From positions 1 to 62,022 of the IMG/VR virus record IMGVR_UViG_3300033489_000001: DNA of 62,022 nucleotides; one strand, 5' to 3'. Below, one piece after another: positions 1 through 8,577 of the stretch; position 1 is the first letter of the stretch, and each line of letters begins with the position of its first letter. Origin of the DNA: a virus (lineage: Duplodnaviria; Heunggongvirae; Uroviricota; Caudoviricetes). The position numbers were made by a program, and so were the translations under genes. The notes below the pieces were generated by a model that worked only from the letters and a program-made list of their open reading frames with translations, did no database searches and was not told where the DNA came from.

Positions 1-127
1 ACGCCATACCTATCTAAAGTTGTTTGACGTACCTTCTCTTTAACAGACTCGGCTTGAATAGCGTAAGGGACGCCATACCTATCTAAAGTTGTTTGACGTA
101 CCTTCTCTTTAACAGACTCGGCTTGAA
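1..127. repeat. 69-bp tandem coding repeat (23 aa, QAESVKEKVRQTTLDRYG)
   Basis: acgccatacctatctaaagttgtttgacgtaccttctctttaacagactcggcttgaa occurs at positions 1 and 70. Confidence 0.9.
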
Positions 128-1172
128 GCACATATTCAACGCCATAGTTAGCCTTGACAGTTTCAACGAGCTTGGCATATATCTCTGGGCTCTGTAAAGG
201 ATGTTCAACCCCATATCTCTCAAGGCAAGTATGTTCTCGTTTTTCTAAGAACTCAGCCAAAAGTAAAGGATGTGTTGCACCATATTTACGAATAAAAGTA
301 GCAACAGTTTTTTCCCAAAACCCATCAATCTTAGCCGGATGATCTACCCCATATTTCTCTATAAGAACTGCCCTGATCTCAGACTTACCTTGCTCAGAAG
401 CAAAGTAATACGTTCCGTAGTGTTCAAACGTGGTTTCAAGTTGACGCCGCCGGACATCAGGATCTTGATTTGTCCATTCAACCCCCCAGCGTTCAAGGTT
501 AGTTTGACGGGCTTTCTCAACTACTTCTTCCGAACAAGAGGGAGCAGGGCCACCATATTTTTCTTGGTTCGTCTCTGCAATCTTTTGTCTAATAACCGGT
601 GCAGCTAAAATTTCTTCGCTACCGTACCTCTGCAAGTTGGTAGATTGGGTTTTTGCCCTAATCTCAGGAGATTGATTAGGATTTTCAACACCATATTTAG
701 CAAGATTTGTCCGTCGTATCTTTTCCTGAGTCTCTGGTTTTGAAAAGGTGTTGTCTTTCCCGTAAAAGATAGTCCGCTTACCTACCAAAGATTCTTGCAC
801 CTTTTCAAAAATTATTGACTCCTTTGAGAAGACATTCTCGGCTCCATAACGCTCTTTGATCGTAGCTTTACGGCGCTCTTCGGCTTCTTCTATAAGACGG
901 GGGTGTGTAATACCTTCTCCATGCTTGGCTTGAAGGGTCTCAGCCATACGAGCCATTTGAACCGTGCCACGATGGCGAGACTTCCATACCTCACAAACAG
1001 AGCGATGACGCTTCATCTGCGTAAGCGAGGTAGCTTCATGCCCGCAAAGACAAACCCTAGGCGCGGTATCCCCTAATTGAGCTTGCCAACCCGAACACAC
1101 CGCCTTGTGCCGAGCGTTGATGCTATCAGAATTTGGAAAATGAGTTTGACAGTAGGGGCAGGTAACTGGCAT
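1..1172 (-). CDS. Partial CDS running off the left edge: N-terminal Cys/His zinc motifs, then many ~23-aa 'KYGVENP' repeats typical of phage homing-endonuclease-associated proteins
   Basis: Not in the ORF track. Manual translation from ATG 1172 gives MPVTCPYCQTHFPNS...TNLAKYGVENPNQSPEIRAKTQSTNLQRYG...CLERYGVEHPLQSPEI, with no stop seen before the edge. Confidence 0.75.
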   Translation of the reverse strand, partial: MPVTCPYCQTHFPNSDSINARHKAVCSGWQAQLGDTAPRVCLCGHEATSLTQMKRHRSVCEVWKSRHRGTVQMARMAETLQAKHGEGITHPRLIEEAEERRKATIKERYGAENVFSKESIIFEKVQESLVGKRTIFYGKDNTFSKPETQEKIRRTNLAKYGVENPNQSPEIRAKTQSTNLQRYGSEEILAAPVIRQKIAETNQEKYGGPAPSCSEEVVEKARQTNLERWGVEWTNQDPDVRRRQLETTFEHYGTYYFASEQGKSEIRAVLIEKYGVDHPAKIDGFWEKTVATFIRKYGATHPLLLAEFLEKREHTCLERYGVEHPLQSPEIYAKLVETVKANYGVEYVLQAESVKEKVRQTTLDRYGVPYAIQAESVKEKVRQTTLDRYG

Positions 1173-1178
1173 ACTGCC

Positions 1179-1206
1179 AGTATAACTTAAAAGGAAACAA
1201 TGTCAA
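1179..1206 (-). promoter_or_regulatory. Sigma70-type promoter, probably giving a leaderless mRNA
   Basis: TTGACA-16 nt-TATACT, 6 nt before ATG 1172. Confidence 0.65.
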
Positions 1207-1235
1207 GTATATACAAAAAACCACCGGCATCCCCC

Positions 1236-2150
1236 TCACATGAATTTTCTGGGACTTAAAATTCCTTTTCCCAAAAATGGGCCGAAACTCGACCTTATGC
1301 CCATTCCGAAGCGGGGCTGCTGTAAGCCTTTGACTACATTGATCGTCAGTTTGGCTTGAGTCAGTTGTTTTTCGAACTGCTCAGAGGCCGCCTGATAGGC
1401 CCCCTCGTATTTACTCGACTTATCCAAGTCCAACGAAACGCCACCTATCGAATAATTAAATTCGTCCGCAATCCAATTAATTCTCAACGCCTGTAAGGCG
1501 TGCATCATCGCACCGGTGAGGAGCAAAGTTCTCCACTCGGGGCGAAATGCGACCATCTGGTCTATGCTGGAAAAAGGCGTCCGGGGCGGGGATGCAGAGA
1601 TCATATCAAGTGACCTCAAAAGGTACTCTTGCATCTCAATATCTTCCCAAATGTACCCAAAAACCCGGCTAAATTGCTGAATTGTCTCTTCATGAGTTGG
1701 TGGCCTGAAATGATAATTTCTGTCCGGATTATTGTCCCGACATAAAATTCTCAATCGTCCCATCAAATCAAGCTCGCCCACGGTGGCATTGATGGCGCTG
1801 CCGGTGATCATACTGGCACTATTGGTAGAGAGTCCGGCTTTATCTATAATTGAAAACTCTTGGACTACTTGTTGAACCGAACCCCCAATGATTTCCCGGA
1901 AAGTCCACCGAATACGATAATCTCCCAAGTTAGCGTCTAGGGGTGCAATGATAGAGGCAAAATATTCCCCTACAGAGGGGTTAGCCGGTGTCCTTATAGG
2001 AACCCCAACCAAGACTTCTTGACCCGTTGTGAAGTCATACAGGGCGTAAGAAATCTCGGCAGCATTGACGGGGGTATTGACCGCGTTGACCAAAAAGATG
2101 TTCAGGTCATTACGCCCTAGTTGCTGCCCTCTGTAATAAGTTGTGCTCAT
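1236..2150 (-). CDS. Virion structural protein, possibly neck/head-tail adaptor with an N-terminal Ig-like domain
   Basis: N-terminal domain resembles the C-terminus of 4599..5417 (ISYxLY...VGxY...RW). Helical C-terminus contains FNYSIGGVSLDLDKS. Confidence 0.5.
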   Translation of the reverse strand: MSTTYYRGQQLGRNDLNIFLVNAVNTPVNAAEISYALYDFTTGQEVLVGVPIRTPANPSVGEYFASIIAPLDANLGDYRIRWTFREIIGGSVQQVVQEFSIIDKAGLSTNSASMITGSAINATVGELDLMGRLRILCRDNNPDRNYHFRPPTHEETIQQFSRVFGYIWEDIEMQEYLLRSLDMISASPPRTPFSSIDQMVAFRPEWRTLLLTGAMMHALQALRINWIADEFNYSIGGVSLDLDKSSKYEGAYQAASEQFEKQLTQAKLTINVVKGLQQPRFGMGIRSSFGPFLGKGILSPRKFM

Positions 2151-2156
2151 TTTTTA

Positions 2157-2486
2157 CTAGACTATATCCTTCATAACTCTTTGAGCCAAAGAGACAGCTT
2201 TATCAGCTTGCTCCATGAGTCTTAGTATATTTGTGCTTCCTCCTGAAAGGGTAATACCGGCCCCTGACCTATCTAATAAACGTATGTACATCTCAGTTAA
2301 TCCAATAGATTGACGTGTAGACGCTAAATTTTGATCGATGCCCTGCAAAGTTGATACTGGATCTGGCATTGCCAAAACTTCTTGACCAGCCATTTTTAGA
2401 GCTTGTTCAAAAGCCGTACGGGGATTGAAAGCTTTACGTTCTTGCTTAGCAAGGGCTTGTTCAAATGCGATACGGGAATTCATCAA
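2157..2486 (-). CDS. Small protein with two copies of the NxRxAFEQAL tag (putative internal head protein)
   Basis: MNSRIAFEQALAKQ...FNPRTAFEQALKMA. Confidence 0.7.
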   Translation of the reverse strand: MMNSRIAFEQALAKQERKAFNPRTAFEQALKMAGQEVLAMPDPVSTLQGIDQNLASTRQSIGLTEMYIRLLDRSGAGITLSGGSTNILRLMEQADKAVSLAQRVMKDIV

Positions 2487-2989
2487 TAACCCTCCCTAAT
2501 TGCCTGCGTAATTTCGTGAGCGAGCTTAGCATCCACGGGATGTACAAGATCACGAAGCGCTTGTAGTGAAACGGATTCAGTTTCCCTCTTTGTCCAACCT
2601 AAACGTTTAGCAATGCGCTCGTGCAACTTGTCCATGTCATATCTTGCTAAGACCTGTTCGAAAGCCGTACGGGGGTTCATAACTTCCTTCTTTCCCGCCT
2701 CTAACTCTGCTCCATGCTCTGGATCAAGTTCAAGTAGAAGGGCTTGGAACTCCCCAACATGCGTCTTCTCTTCTTTAGCAACATCAAGTAGAACTTCTCT
2801 TACTCGCTTATTCTGAGTGCCCGAAGCCATTTGTTCATAAAGGCTCACAGCATCAAGCTCAGCAATTATGCTCAACCGTAAGATTTCTCTATCAAGATCC
2901 TCTGACCTAACTTTATGCAGATCTATGGGGATGTCGGCTAACATAGCGGTCTTGGCTAGAGCTTGTTCAAATGCTTTACGTGGGTTCAT
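2483..2989 (-). CDS. Encapsulin-associated ferritin-like (EncFtn/Flp-type) domain flanked by MNPRxAFEQxL tags
   Basis: EILRLSIIAELDAVSLYEQ...VLLDVAKEEKTHVGEFQALLLELDPE matches the ferroxidase pattern ExxA...Y...EExxH of encapsulated ferritins. Confidence 0.85.
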   Translation of the reverse strand: MNPRKAFEQALAKTAMLADIPIDLHKVRSEDLDREILRLSIIAELDAVSLYEQMASGTQNKRVREVLLDVAKEEKTHVGEFQALLLELDPEHGAELEAGKKEVMNPRTAFEQVLARYDMDKLHERIAKRLGWTKRETESVSLQALRDLVHPVDAKLAHEITQAIREGY

Positions 2990-3003
2990 AGGTATTTCAC
3001 AAA

Positions 3004-3312
3004 TCAGTATTGTCCATATTTGTAAAGTATATCGCCTGCGGCCTGGGCTGGCGTTTCAGGTAAGAATGTGACCGTCTTTCTAGATTTGTCGGCAGCTATA
3101 AAATCTGCTTTCAGCCACATAAACCCGCGTCCTTTATCAATCCAAAAAAGTTTGGCTTTATGCCTACCTTGTGGCTCCATCTCTACGAGTTCTTTTTCAA
3201 CCTGTTGCTTGAACTCATCATAGAGTCCGCTCATTCTACGAGCCATGGTCCAGTCTTTATTATCAGCCGCTTGTTTTACAAGGGCTTGCTCAAATGCCTT
3301 ACGAGGGTTCAT
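3004..3312 (-). CDS. Tagged small protein (putative internal head protein)
   Basis: Begins MNPRKAFEQALVKQAA. Confidence 0.7.
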   Translation of the reverse strand: MNPRKAFEQALVKQAADNKDWTMARRMSGLYDEFKQQVEKELVEMEPQGRHKAKLFWIDKGRGFMWLKADFIAADKSRKTVTFLPETPAQAAGDILYKYGQY

Positions 3313-3315
3313 AGA

Positions 3316-4605
3316 TCAATCTCCAAACTCTTTCTTATTCACGGCAGCATCTAGATGTTTTTGTTGAACGCGCAAGTTAGATAAAGCTTTATCGTTCTTA
3401 TCTCCGTGAGCTTTCTCAATTTGTTTATTAACAAGATCTTGATGCTTACGAAGTTTTTTCAAGGGCCACTTAACCATGTGACTAATGACCTTTTCAGTTT
3501 GCGTCTTCGTTAATTTAGTCAAATCTTTTGGAAGATCCGAAAAGTCATCTTTTGCTTCAGTTGAGGATCCTTTTTCTTTCTTGACTGTATGTTTAGACTT
3601 ATCCGCTCCTGGATGTGCTTTCAGATAGTCAGCTTTAGCTTCCTCAGAGGGGAATTCCATCGCAACCCGCTCTATAAGAAGAGCATGTTCAAAAGCCATG
3701 CGAATACTTGCACTCTTCTTACGCTTTTTAGCCTTAGGTTCATCCTGCTCATATAAATCGGTCAGGTACTTGGCCAGCCTATCTAAATCTTTTTTATCAT
3801 GCTCATCAGCAACTGGGTCATCTTTCAGCGCTTTAAGCTCACGTGCCGCCCCTAACAACTTCTCACGAGGCACAGGCTTTCCATTTGCAAAACTAGCACC
3901 AACTTCCGTCAAAGTTGGGGAATCAGGACTCTGCCATTCCCGAAGTTTACGACCGGTATCTTTATGATGTTCTGCCGGTGTGAAATTCTCTGGCCCAAAT
4001 TCCTCTTCTTCTCTTTTCCTTTTTTCTTCATCCCCAGAAGGTTTCTCTTTACCTTTAGAAGGTTCTTCAGTCTTCTTCACTGTATGCTTAGCTTTGTCCG
4101 CTCCCGGATGCTCTTTAAGATACTCGGCTTTGGCTTCTTCGGTTGGGAACTCCATTGCTTGCTTAAGGGCTTGTCCTTTTCGTTTATAGATTAAAGTTGT
4201 AGTAGTAAAGCCGCCTTCGGTTTGCACAAGGCTATAACCAGCATTCTCTAAACGAAGTTTTTCACGCTCAGCTTTCGTAATACTTCTAGGATCATCCCAA
4301 TTTATCTTGATTTCCTTTAGTTCGGTAACCCCTTGTTTCTCTAACGCTTGTTCAAATGCTGTTCTAGGATTCATAGGTATCTCCAAATTAGCAGATTTGG
4401 GTTTTTCTTGAGGGATATCCCTAACCGCCATGACCTCATCATCATTAATCTTCTCAATTTGTTTCTTGACTTTATTTCTATGATCTTCACAGACAGGAAT
4501 ATAAGCCCGGCCATCCGCCCATATATAGCCTTTAGTAGCAGGATTTTTACAATACGAACATTTTTGAGGCTCGTCTATATTTCCTGCGTAATGATCCATT
4601 AGCAC
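3316..4605 (-). CDS. Modular, highly charged polyprotein-like protein with internal tags and a duplicated module
   Basis: N-terminal CxxC...CxxH finger; internal MNPRTAFEQALEKQG and IRMAFEHALLIERVA; two copies of MEFPxEEAKAxYLKxHPGADKxKHTVKK. Confidence 0.7.
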   Translation of the reverse strand: MLMDHYAGNIDEPQKCSYCKNPATKGYIWADGRAYIPVCEDHRNKVKKQIEKINDDEVMAVRDIPQEKPKSANLEIPMNPRTAFEQALEKQGVTELKEIKINWDDPRSITKAEREKLRLENAGYSLVQTEGGFTTTTLIYKRKGQALKQAMEFPTEEAKAEYLKEHPGADKAKHTVKKTEEPSKGKEKPSGDEEKRKREEEEFGPENFTPAEHHKDTGRKLREWQSPDSPTLTEVGASFANGKPVPREKLLGAARELKALKDDPVADEHDKKDLDRLAKYLTDLYEQDEPKAKKRKKSASIRMAFEHALLIERVAMEFPSEEAKADYLKAHPGADKSKHTVKKEKGSSTEAKDDFSDLPKDLTKLTKTQTEKVISHMVKWPLKKLRKHQDLVNKQIEKAHGDKNDKALSNLRVQQKHLDAAVNKKEFGD

Positions 4606-5417
4606 TCATCCCATCCGTACTTACAAGCTCGAGGTAAAGTGTCACCAGGAGCGGGGCATGTTATCGAATCCTCTACTCGAAAGTAGCAATCTTTTTCCAC
4701 TATAGGATTACTAAAAGTTCTTTGGTATTTCCACCTAACAGCCCAAAGACCGGGCTGACCACATTCCCCAGCAGTCCCCGTGACATAATAGCATCCCACT
4801 CCTGAGGAAGCCGGAATGCGCCCGGAGGGACCTATTTGTTTTAGAGTACAACCTCTCTGCATTTGGTACAAAGTGTAGCTTATATTCACAGGGCCAAAAG
4901 GATTCCCAAAACGGTCTACAACGGAAAATTCTAAATCCCCCCGTGTAAATACATGGCTCCAACGAAAAGCTGTTGAAACCGTTGGGACTTCACAAATAGG
5001 TAGCGGAACATGAATAACTTCCATGTAAGCCGCAACAACTGCAACACCAAAAATAGGCTCAGGTATTGAAAGGGCTAAGTTACTAGAACCCCAAGTATAT
5101 CCCGAAAGGCCAATACTACGTCGCAGATCCCCTGTTATATTGCCGCTACCTACCGCAATTCCGGCGATTCCCATCAAACGAGCATCAATCAAAGCACCGG
5201 CACCAAGTAAGAAGCCGGACATATTAAATACCGCTTGAGTGCTTGCAGAAACGCTTGCAGAGCCAACTAGAGACTCTACAATCTCGTGCTTCAAGCTAGC
5301 TGAAGAACCGGCCGAACTTCCCCCTGTAGCCGCCCCTGAAAGACACGTAAAAACAGCTAACGACCCGTGTATGGTTGCTGATCCAGTTGCTGTTCCATTG
5401 AGATCATAAAGAGACAC
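4599..5417 (-). CDS. Virion fibre/structural protein (Gly/Ser/Ala-rich repeats plus C-terminal Ig-like domain)
   Basis: Amino acid composition; C-terminal domain is paralogous to the N-terminus of 1236..2150. Confidence 0.5.
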   Translation of the reverse strand: MSLYDLNGTATGSATIHGSLAVFTCLSGAATGGSSAGSSASLKHEIVESLVGSASVSASTQAVFNMSGFLLGAGALIDARLMGIAGIAVGSGNITGDLRRSIGLSGYTWGSSNLALSIPEPIFGVAVVAAYMEVIHVPLPICEVPTVSTAFRWSHVFTRGDLEFSVVDRFGNPFGPVNISYTLYQMQRGCTLKQIGPSGRIPASSGVGCYYVTGTAGECGQPGLWAVRWKYQRTFSNPIVEKDCYFRVEDSITCPAPGDTLPRACKYGWDEC

Positions 5418-5436
5418 ATGAGTTCTCTCTTATTGT

Positions 5437-5778
5437 CTACTTTTGAAGAAAACGTGAAGCTACACGTTCAGTAAGAAGAACCCGTTCGAAAGTTTTGACC
5501 GGATCTACCGTCTCGTTCGCAGTCTTTTGCACTATTTCTCTAGCGCCATCAACAAGGAGTTTTTTCACTTTAAGAATATTTTTTCTATGCTCTTCTATCC
5601 AGTTCTGTATATCTTTTGGGGGAATACAGACATCTTTCATAGATCGAAGCCAATGTTCGAAAGTATCTAAGCTACTTAATTGCCCCTTGACCGAAGCTAT
5701 GCTGTCTACTAACTCAGCCAACAATTCCGAAGGGACTAAATCACGACTCAGTTTAACTTCTTTACTTACAGCCTTCAT
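5437..5778 (-). CDS. Hypothetical protein with a C-terminal tag variant
   Basis: Ends VDPVKTFERVLLTERVASRFLQK. Confidence 0.6.
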   Translation of the reverse strand: MKAVSKEVKLSRDLVPSELLAELVDSIASVKGQLSSLDTFEHWLRSMKDVCIPPKDIQNWIEEHRKNILKVKKLLVDGAREIVQKTANETVDPVKTFERVLLTERVASRFLQK

Positions 5779-5782
5779 AACA

Positions 5783-6166
5783 TTAAGATTCTTGAACTAT
5801 AAGTTGCCCAGAAGCGAATTTCACTTGATCTGAAGCTAATACCAATCGTGGAGTGCTCAAGTTACCAAAATACAGTACATTTCCCCCCGAACTAGTATCC
5901 ATGAGGGAAAAGGCTACAATAGTGTTCCAAGTTGCAGAAGCCACAGGAAATAAAACATCTGATACATTTGAAACTTGACCATTATTAGGAGTGGTAACAA
6001 TTACTGTCTGCCGACCGTACCCCCCACCTGTAACTTCAGTACCACCTCCTCCAACTCCAGGCGCTACTGTATATAAAGCCACCCAAATTGTAGACGGGGG
6101 CGTAAATGGAGTATTGCAAAGTGCAACGTTTAAAAGGTTGTTAGAAAGATAATAGGTCTTGGGCAT
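5783..6166 (-). CDS. Small tail/fibre structural protein (paralog of 7661..8059)
   Basis: VALYTVAP..GGTEVTGGGYGRQ...FPVASATW...LYFG pattern typical of phage minor tail proteins. Confidence 0.65.
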   Translation of the reverse strand: MPKTYYLSNNLLNVALCNTPFTPPSTIWVALYTVAPGVGGGGTEVTGGGYGRQTVIVTTPNNGQVSNVSDVLFPVASATWNTIVAFSLMDTSSGGNVLYFGNLSTPRLVLASDQVKFASGQLIVQES

Positions 6167-6181
6167 ATTTAAAATCCTTGC

Positions 6182-6595
6182 CTAACAATCGCAGTTCCCA
6201 CCTTGTGGTTTGATAAATGAAGCATGGATCCCCGACTCCATGACAGGGACGCCTTGAACCACATCAAAATCTTGAGCGGAAATCTGTTGACCTGAAGGAT
6301 AACTCAAGAGATTGCGCCAGAAACCCAAGGAATTAGGTCTAAACCTAACATTATAAAACCCTGGATGTCCCGCTATTTCGTTAAAATAAATATTGCCCGA
6401 TACCACTTGAGCATCGGTTACCCCAATACCGGAAATCAATGGCCACGGTTGAAGAAGGTTACTATAAAAAATTTGAGAGACTAACGAAGATGGGATAAGT
6501 CCAGTAACTCTGGTATAGCCATCTGACAAGAAGAAATCCACTTGATCCAACACCACTTGGTTCGCTTGAACAATTCTTCCACGAGTAGTCGCCAT
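6182..6595 (-). CDS. Hypothetical virion protein (Ig-like)
   Basis: Beta-strand-rich sequence (EIAGHPGFYNVRFRP) within the structural cluster. Confidence 0.5.
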   Translation of the reverse strand: MATTRGRIVQANQVVLDQVDFFLSDGYTRVTGLIPSSLVSQIFYSNLLQPWPLISGIGVTDAQVVSGNIYFNEIAGHPGFYNVRFRPNSLGFWRNLLSYPSGQQISAQDFDVVQGVPVMESGIHASFIKPQGGNCDC

Positions 6596-6747
6596 TAGCT
6601 CTTAGTTTTCTCTTTAGGTACACGCTTCTCATTCATAGCAGAGGCTTTTCCAGACAAAGAAGCTGTCACAGCCATTATCCTAATAGGTTTTATAGAAGCA
6701 CTAGAAGAACCTTCAATTTTTGTAGTAATATTAATGATAGTCATAGA

Positions 6748-7560
6748 TTATAGCCCTTCCCGTCTTCGGTTGGGTAAAGGTGAACCTACAGAATACGAAG
6801 GACGAAAAGGAGCAGGCGGAGAAATTCGAATTGTAGGTACAGTTAAGGGTCTAGCTGAAACTGGTATTTGCGGCCCACGAGAGACATTTGTGACGGTAAC
6901 ACCTGCCGGTACAAATGTCATGAAAGAGTTACCTAAGATAGCCGTACTTACAGCAAAATTACTGTTAGCTGAAGCCCCTAAAGCAGATTCAGCCAAGAGG
7001 GATGTATGTAGAGCAGCAGTAAGATTAGCTGAAGCCCCTAAAGCAGATTCAGCCGGGAAAGATAAATTGTCAGTATCAAACTCACTTGCTGCCGCTATAA
7101 CAACAGACCCACCAACCATTGCAGTGTTGGCTGAATAAACTACCTTACCTGTCGGAGCAATAGATGACTCCCCGGCCATTGTTGTAACTACTGCATAGGT
7201 TACAGTTGGACTTTCTGTTACAACTGAATCTCCGAGCATTGAAGAGACGGCTGAATAAACTACCTTACCTGTGGGGACAACAGATGCCTCACCTTCCATT
7301 GTTGTAACAATTGCATAAGTTGCAGTTGGACTCTCTGTTACAACTGAATCTCCGATCATTGAAGATGTAGAAGCATAAATTACTGTAGCATTCAAGATTA
7401 TACTTGAAGCCCCCTCAATAATAGCATCCGGAATGTATCTTGCCCAGGGATCTACCGTAGAATCCCCCGGCAAAGTACTAGCTATAGCATAAGTTGCAGT
7501 AATACTACTCGTAGCATCTGAGGAGGCTACAAGAGACGCATTAATCTGTACAATACCCAT
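6748..7560 (-). CDS. Ser/Thr/Ala-rich repetitive fibre-like virion protein
   Basis: 20- and 40-aa internal repeats (MxGDSVVTESPTxTYAxVTTMxGE). Confidence 0.6.
   Translation of the reverse strand: MGIVQINASLVASSDATSSITATYAIASTLPGDSTVDPWARYIPDAIIEGASSIILNATVIYASTSSMIGDSVVTESPTATYAIVTTMEGEASVVPTGKVVYSAVSSMLGDSVVTESPTVTYAVVTTMAGESSIAPTGKVVYSANTAMVGGSVVIAAASEFDTDNLSFPAESALGASANLTAALHTSLLAESALGASANSNFAVSTAILGNSFMTFVPAGVTVTNVSRGPQIPVSARPLTVPTIRISPPAPFRPSYSVGSPLPNRRREGL
7129..7365. repeat. 120-bp imperfect tandem coding repeat; a 60-bp-period repeat also lies at about 6965-7054
   Basis: ggctgaataaactaccttacctgt at 7129 and 7249; ttagctgaagcccctaaagcagattcagcc at 6965 and 7025. Confidence 0.85.
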
Positions 7561-7598
7561 AGGCTCTCTACCTTTCCAACTACCTTGCAGTTGGTTCT

Positions 7599-7642
7599 CT
7601 AACCAAGAGAAACTTGTTTAGCAACTAATTTCTCTTGGTTAG
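7599..7642. promoter_or_regulatory. Perfect 14-bp intergenic inverted repeat (terminator, processing site or operator)
   Basis: ctaaccaagagaaa-16 nt-tttctcttggttag. Confidence 0.55.
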
Positions 7643-7660
7643 CACACAAAGCATGAGATC

Positions 7661-8059
7661 CTACGATTCCGATACGACCAACGCATCAATAGCGAAATTC
7701 AAAACGTCGCCTATGCCAACGTCCTTGGCCGTTCCCAAGAGACCGAAGTACAGTTGGTCATCTGTTCCGATAACGGCACTTGAACAGATTGCGGCAGCTT
7801 TGACGTTACCCCAAGAGGCACCAGCCGCTGCGAACGTAACCGCCGCAGCGTGGTTCATTGTTGAGCCAGCCGAAGGGGCAGCAAAGGTCACGGGCAGACG
7901 AACATATGTATCAGACCCTATCACTTCAGTCCCCTGCGTGGTCGCAGTCGGAGCCGTTGTGTAAAGAGCTACGTAAACCACCGCATCAGAGACGTACGCA
8001 ATATTTCTAAGCACAGCACTGAGAATTAGATTGGCTAGAGTTTCTTTTTTGGCAGCCAT
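7661..8059 (-). CDS. Small tail/fibre structural protein (paralog of 5783..6166)
   Basis: VALYTTAPT...GTEV...YVRLPVTF...LYFG. Confidence 0.65.
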   Translation of the reverse strand: MAAKKETLANLILSAVLRNIAYVSDAVVYVALYTTAPTATTQGTEVIGSDTYVRLPVTFAAPSAGSTMNHAAAVTFAAAGASWGNVKAAAICSSAVIGTDDQLYFGLLGTAKDVGIGDVLNFAIDALVVSES

Positions 8060-8215
8060 GATTTTTTCCTTATTCTTAGAGGTTCAAAAATCTGATTTGA
8101 TCTTTGGCCGACTAAAAAACCCGGCCGTAAAATTAGGAATACACTTTAAAGAAATATCTAAAGATTATTCATTCCCTCCCTTAGGAAGATTAGACACAAA
8201 TCTTTCCCCCTCTTA

Positions 8216-8470
8216 TCAAGTCATGTGGCATATACTTTTCAAGCTCTTTAAAGCGTAGGCATAGGGTTGTGCTGCCACTTTTCCCGTGTTGTTAAACCAT
8301 GCAGTCTTTAGTCCATCTACATCAGCAATGGCAGTATCAAACACGAAATATATTCGATCTCTTTCCCGATCCGTCCGTTTCATCTCCACACCAGCGGTTT
8401 GCAAATAAGCGGCAAAATAGAGGTCTGGTGTCCGGAACTCTCCGGGACTAGACTGAATTTTATTCGACAT
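8216..8470 (-). CDS. Small DUF5659-like protein
   Basis: FRTPDLYFAAYL...RIYFVFD pattern. Confidence 0.55.
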   Translation of the reverse strand: MSNKIQSSPGEFRTPDLYFAAYLQTAGVEMKRTDRERDRIYFVFDTAIADVDGLKTAWFNNTGKVAAQPYAYALKSLKSICHMT

Positions 8471-8577
8471 ATTTAAATCCTCATCTGAGCGCTGTTAAAC
8501 GCTAATTTCATTTAATCCGGGATACAGATATACATTTGGATTTTATTTACATTTACATTTTAGTTTCAACCTAGTTA

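Noticed and set aside
1-127. Direct repeat as a possible CRISPR array
   Set aside because: The 69-bp units are contiguous and in frame within a coding repeat; there are no unique spacers and no cas genes.
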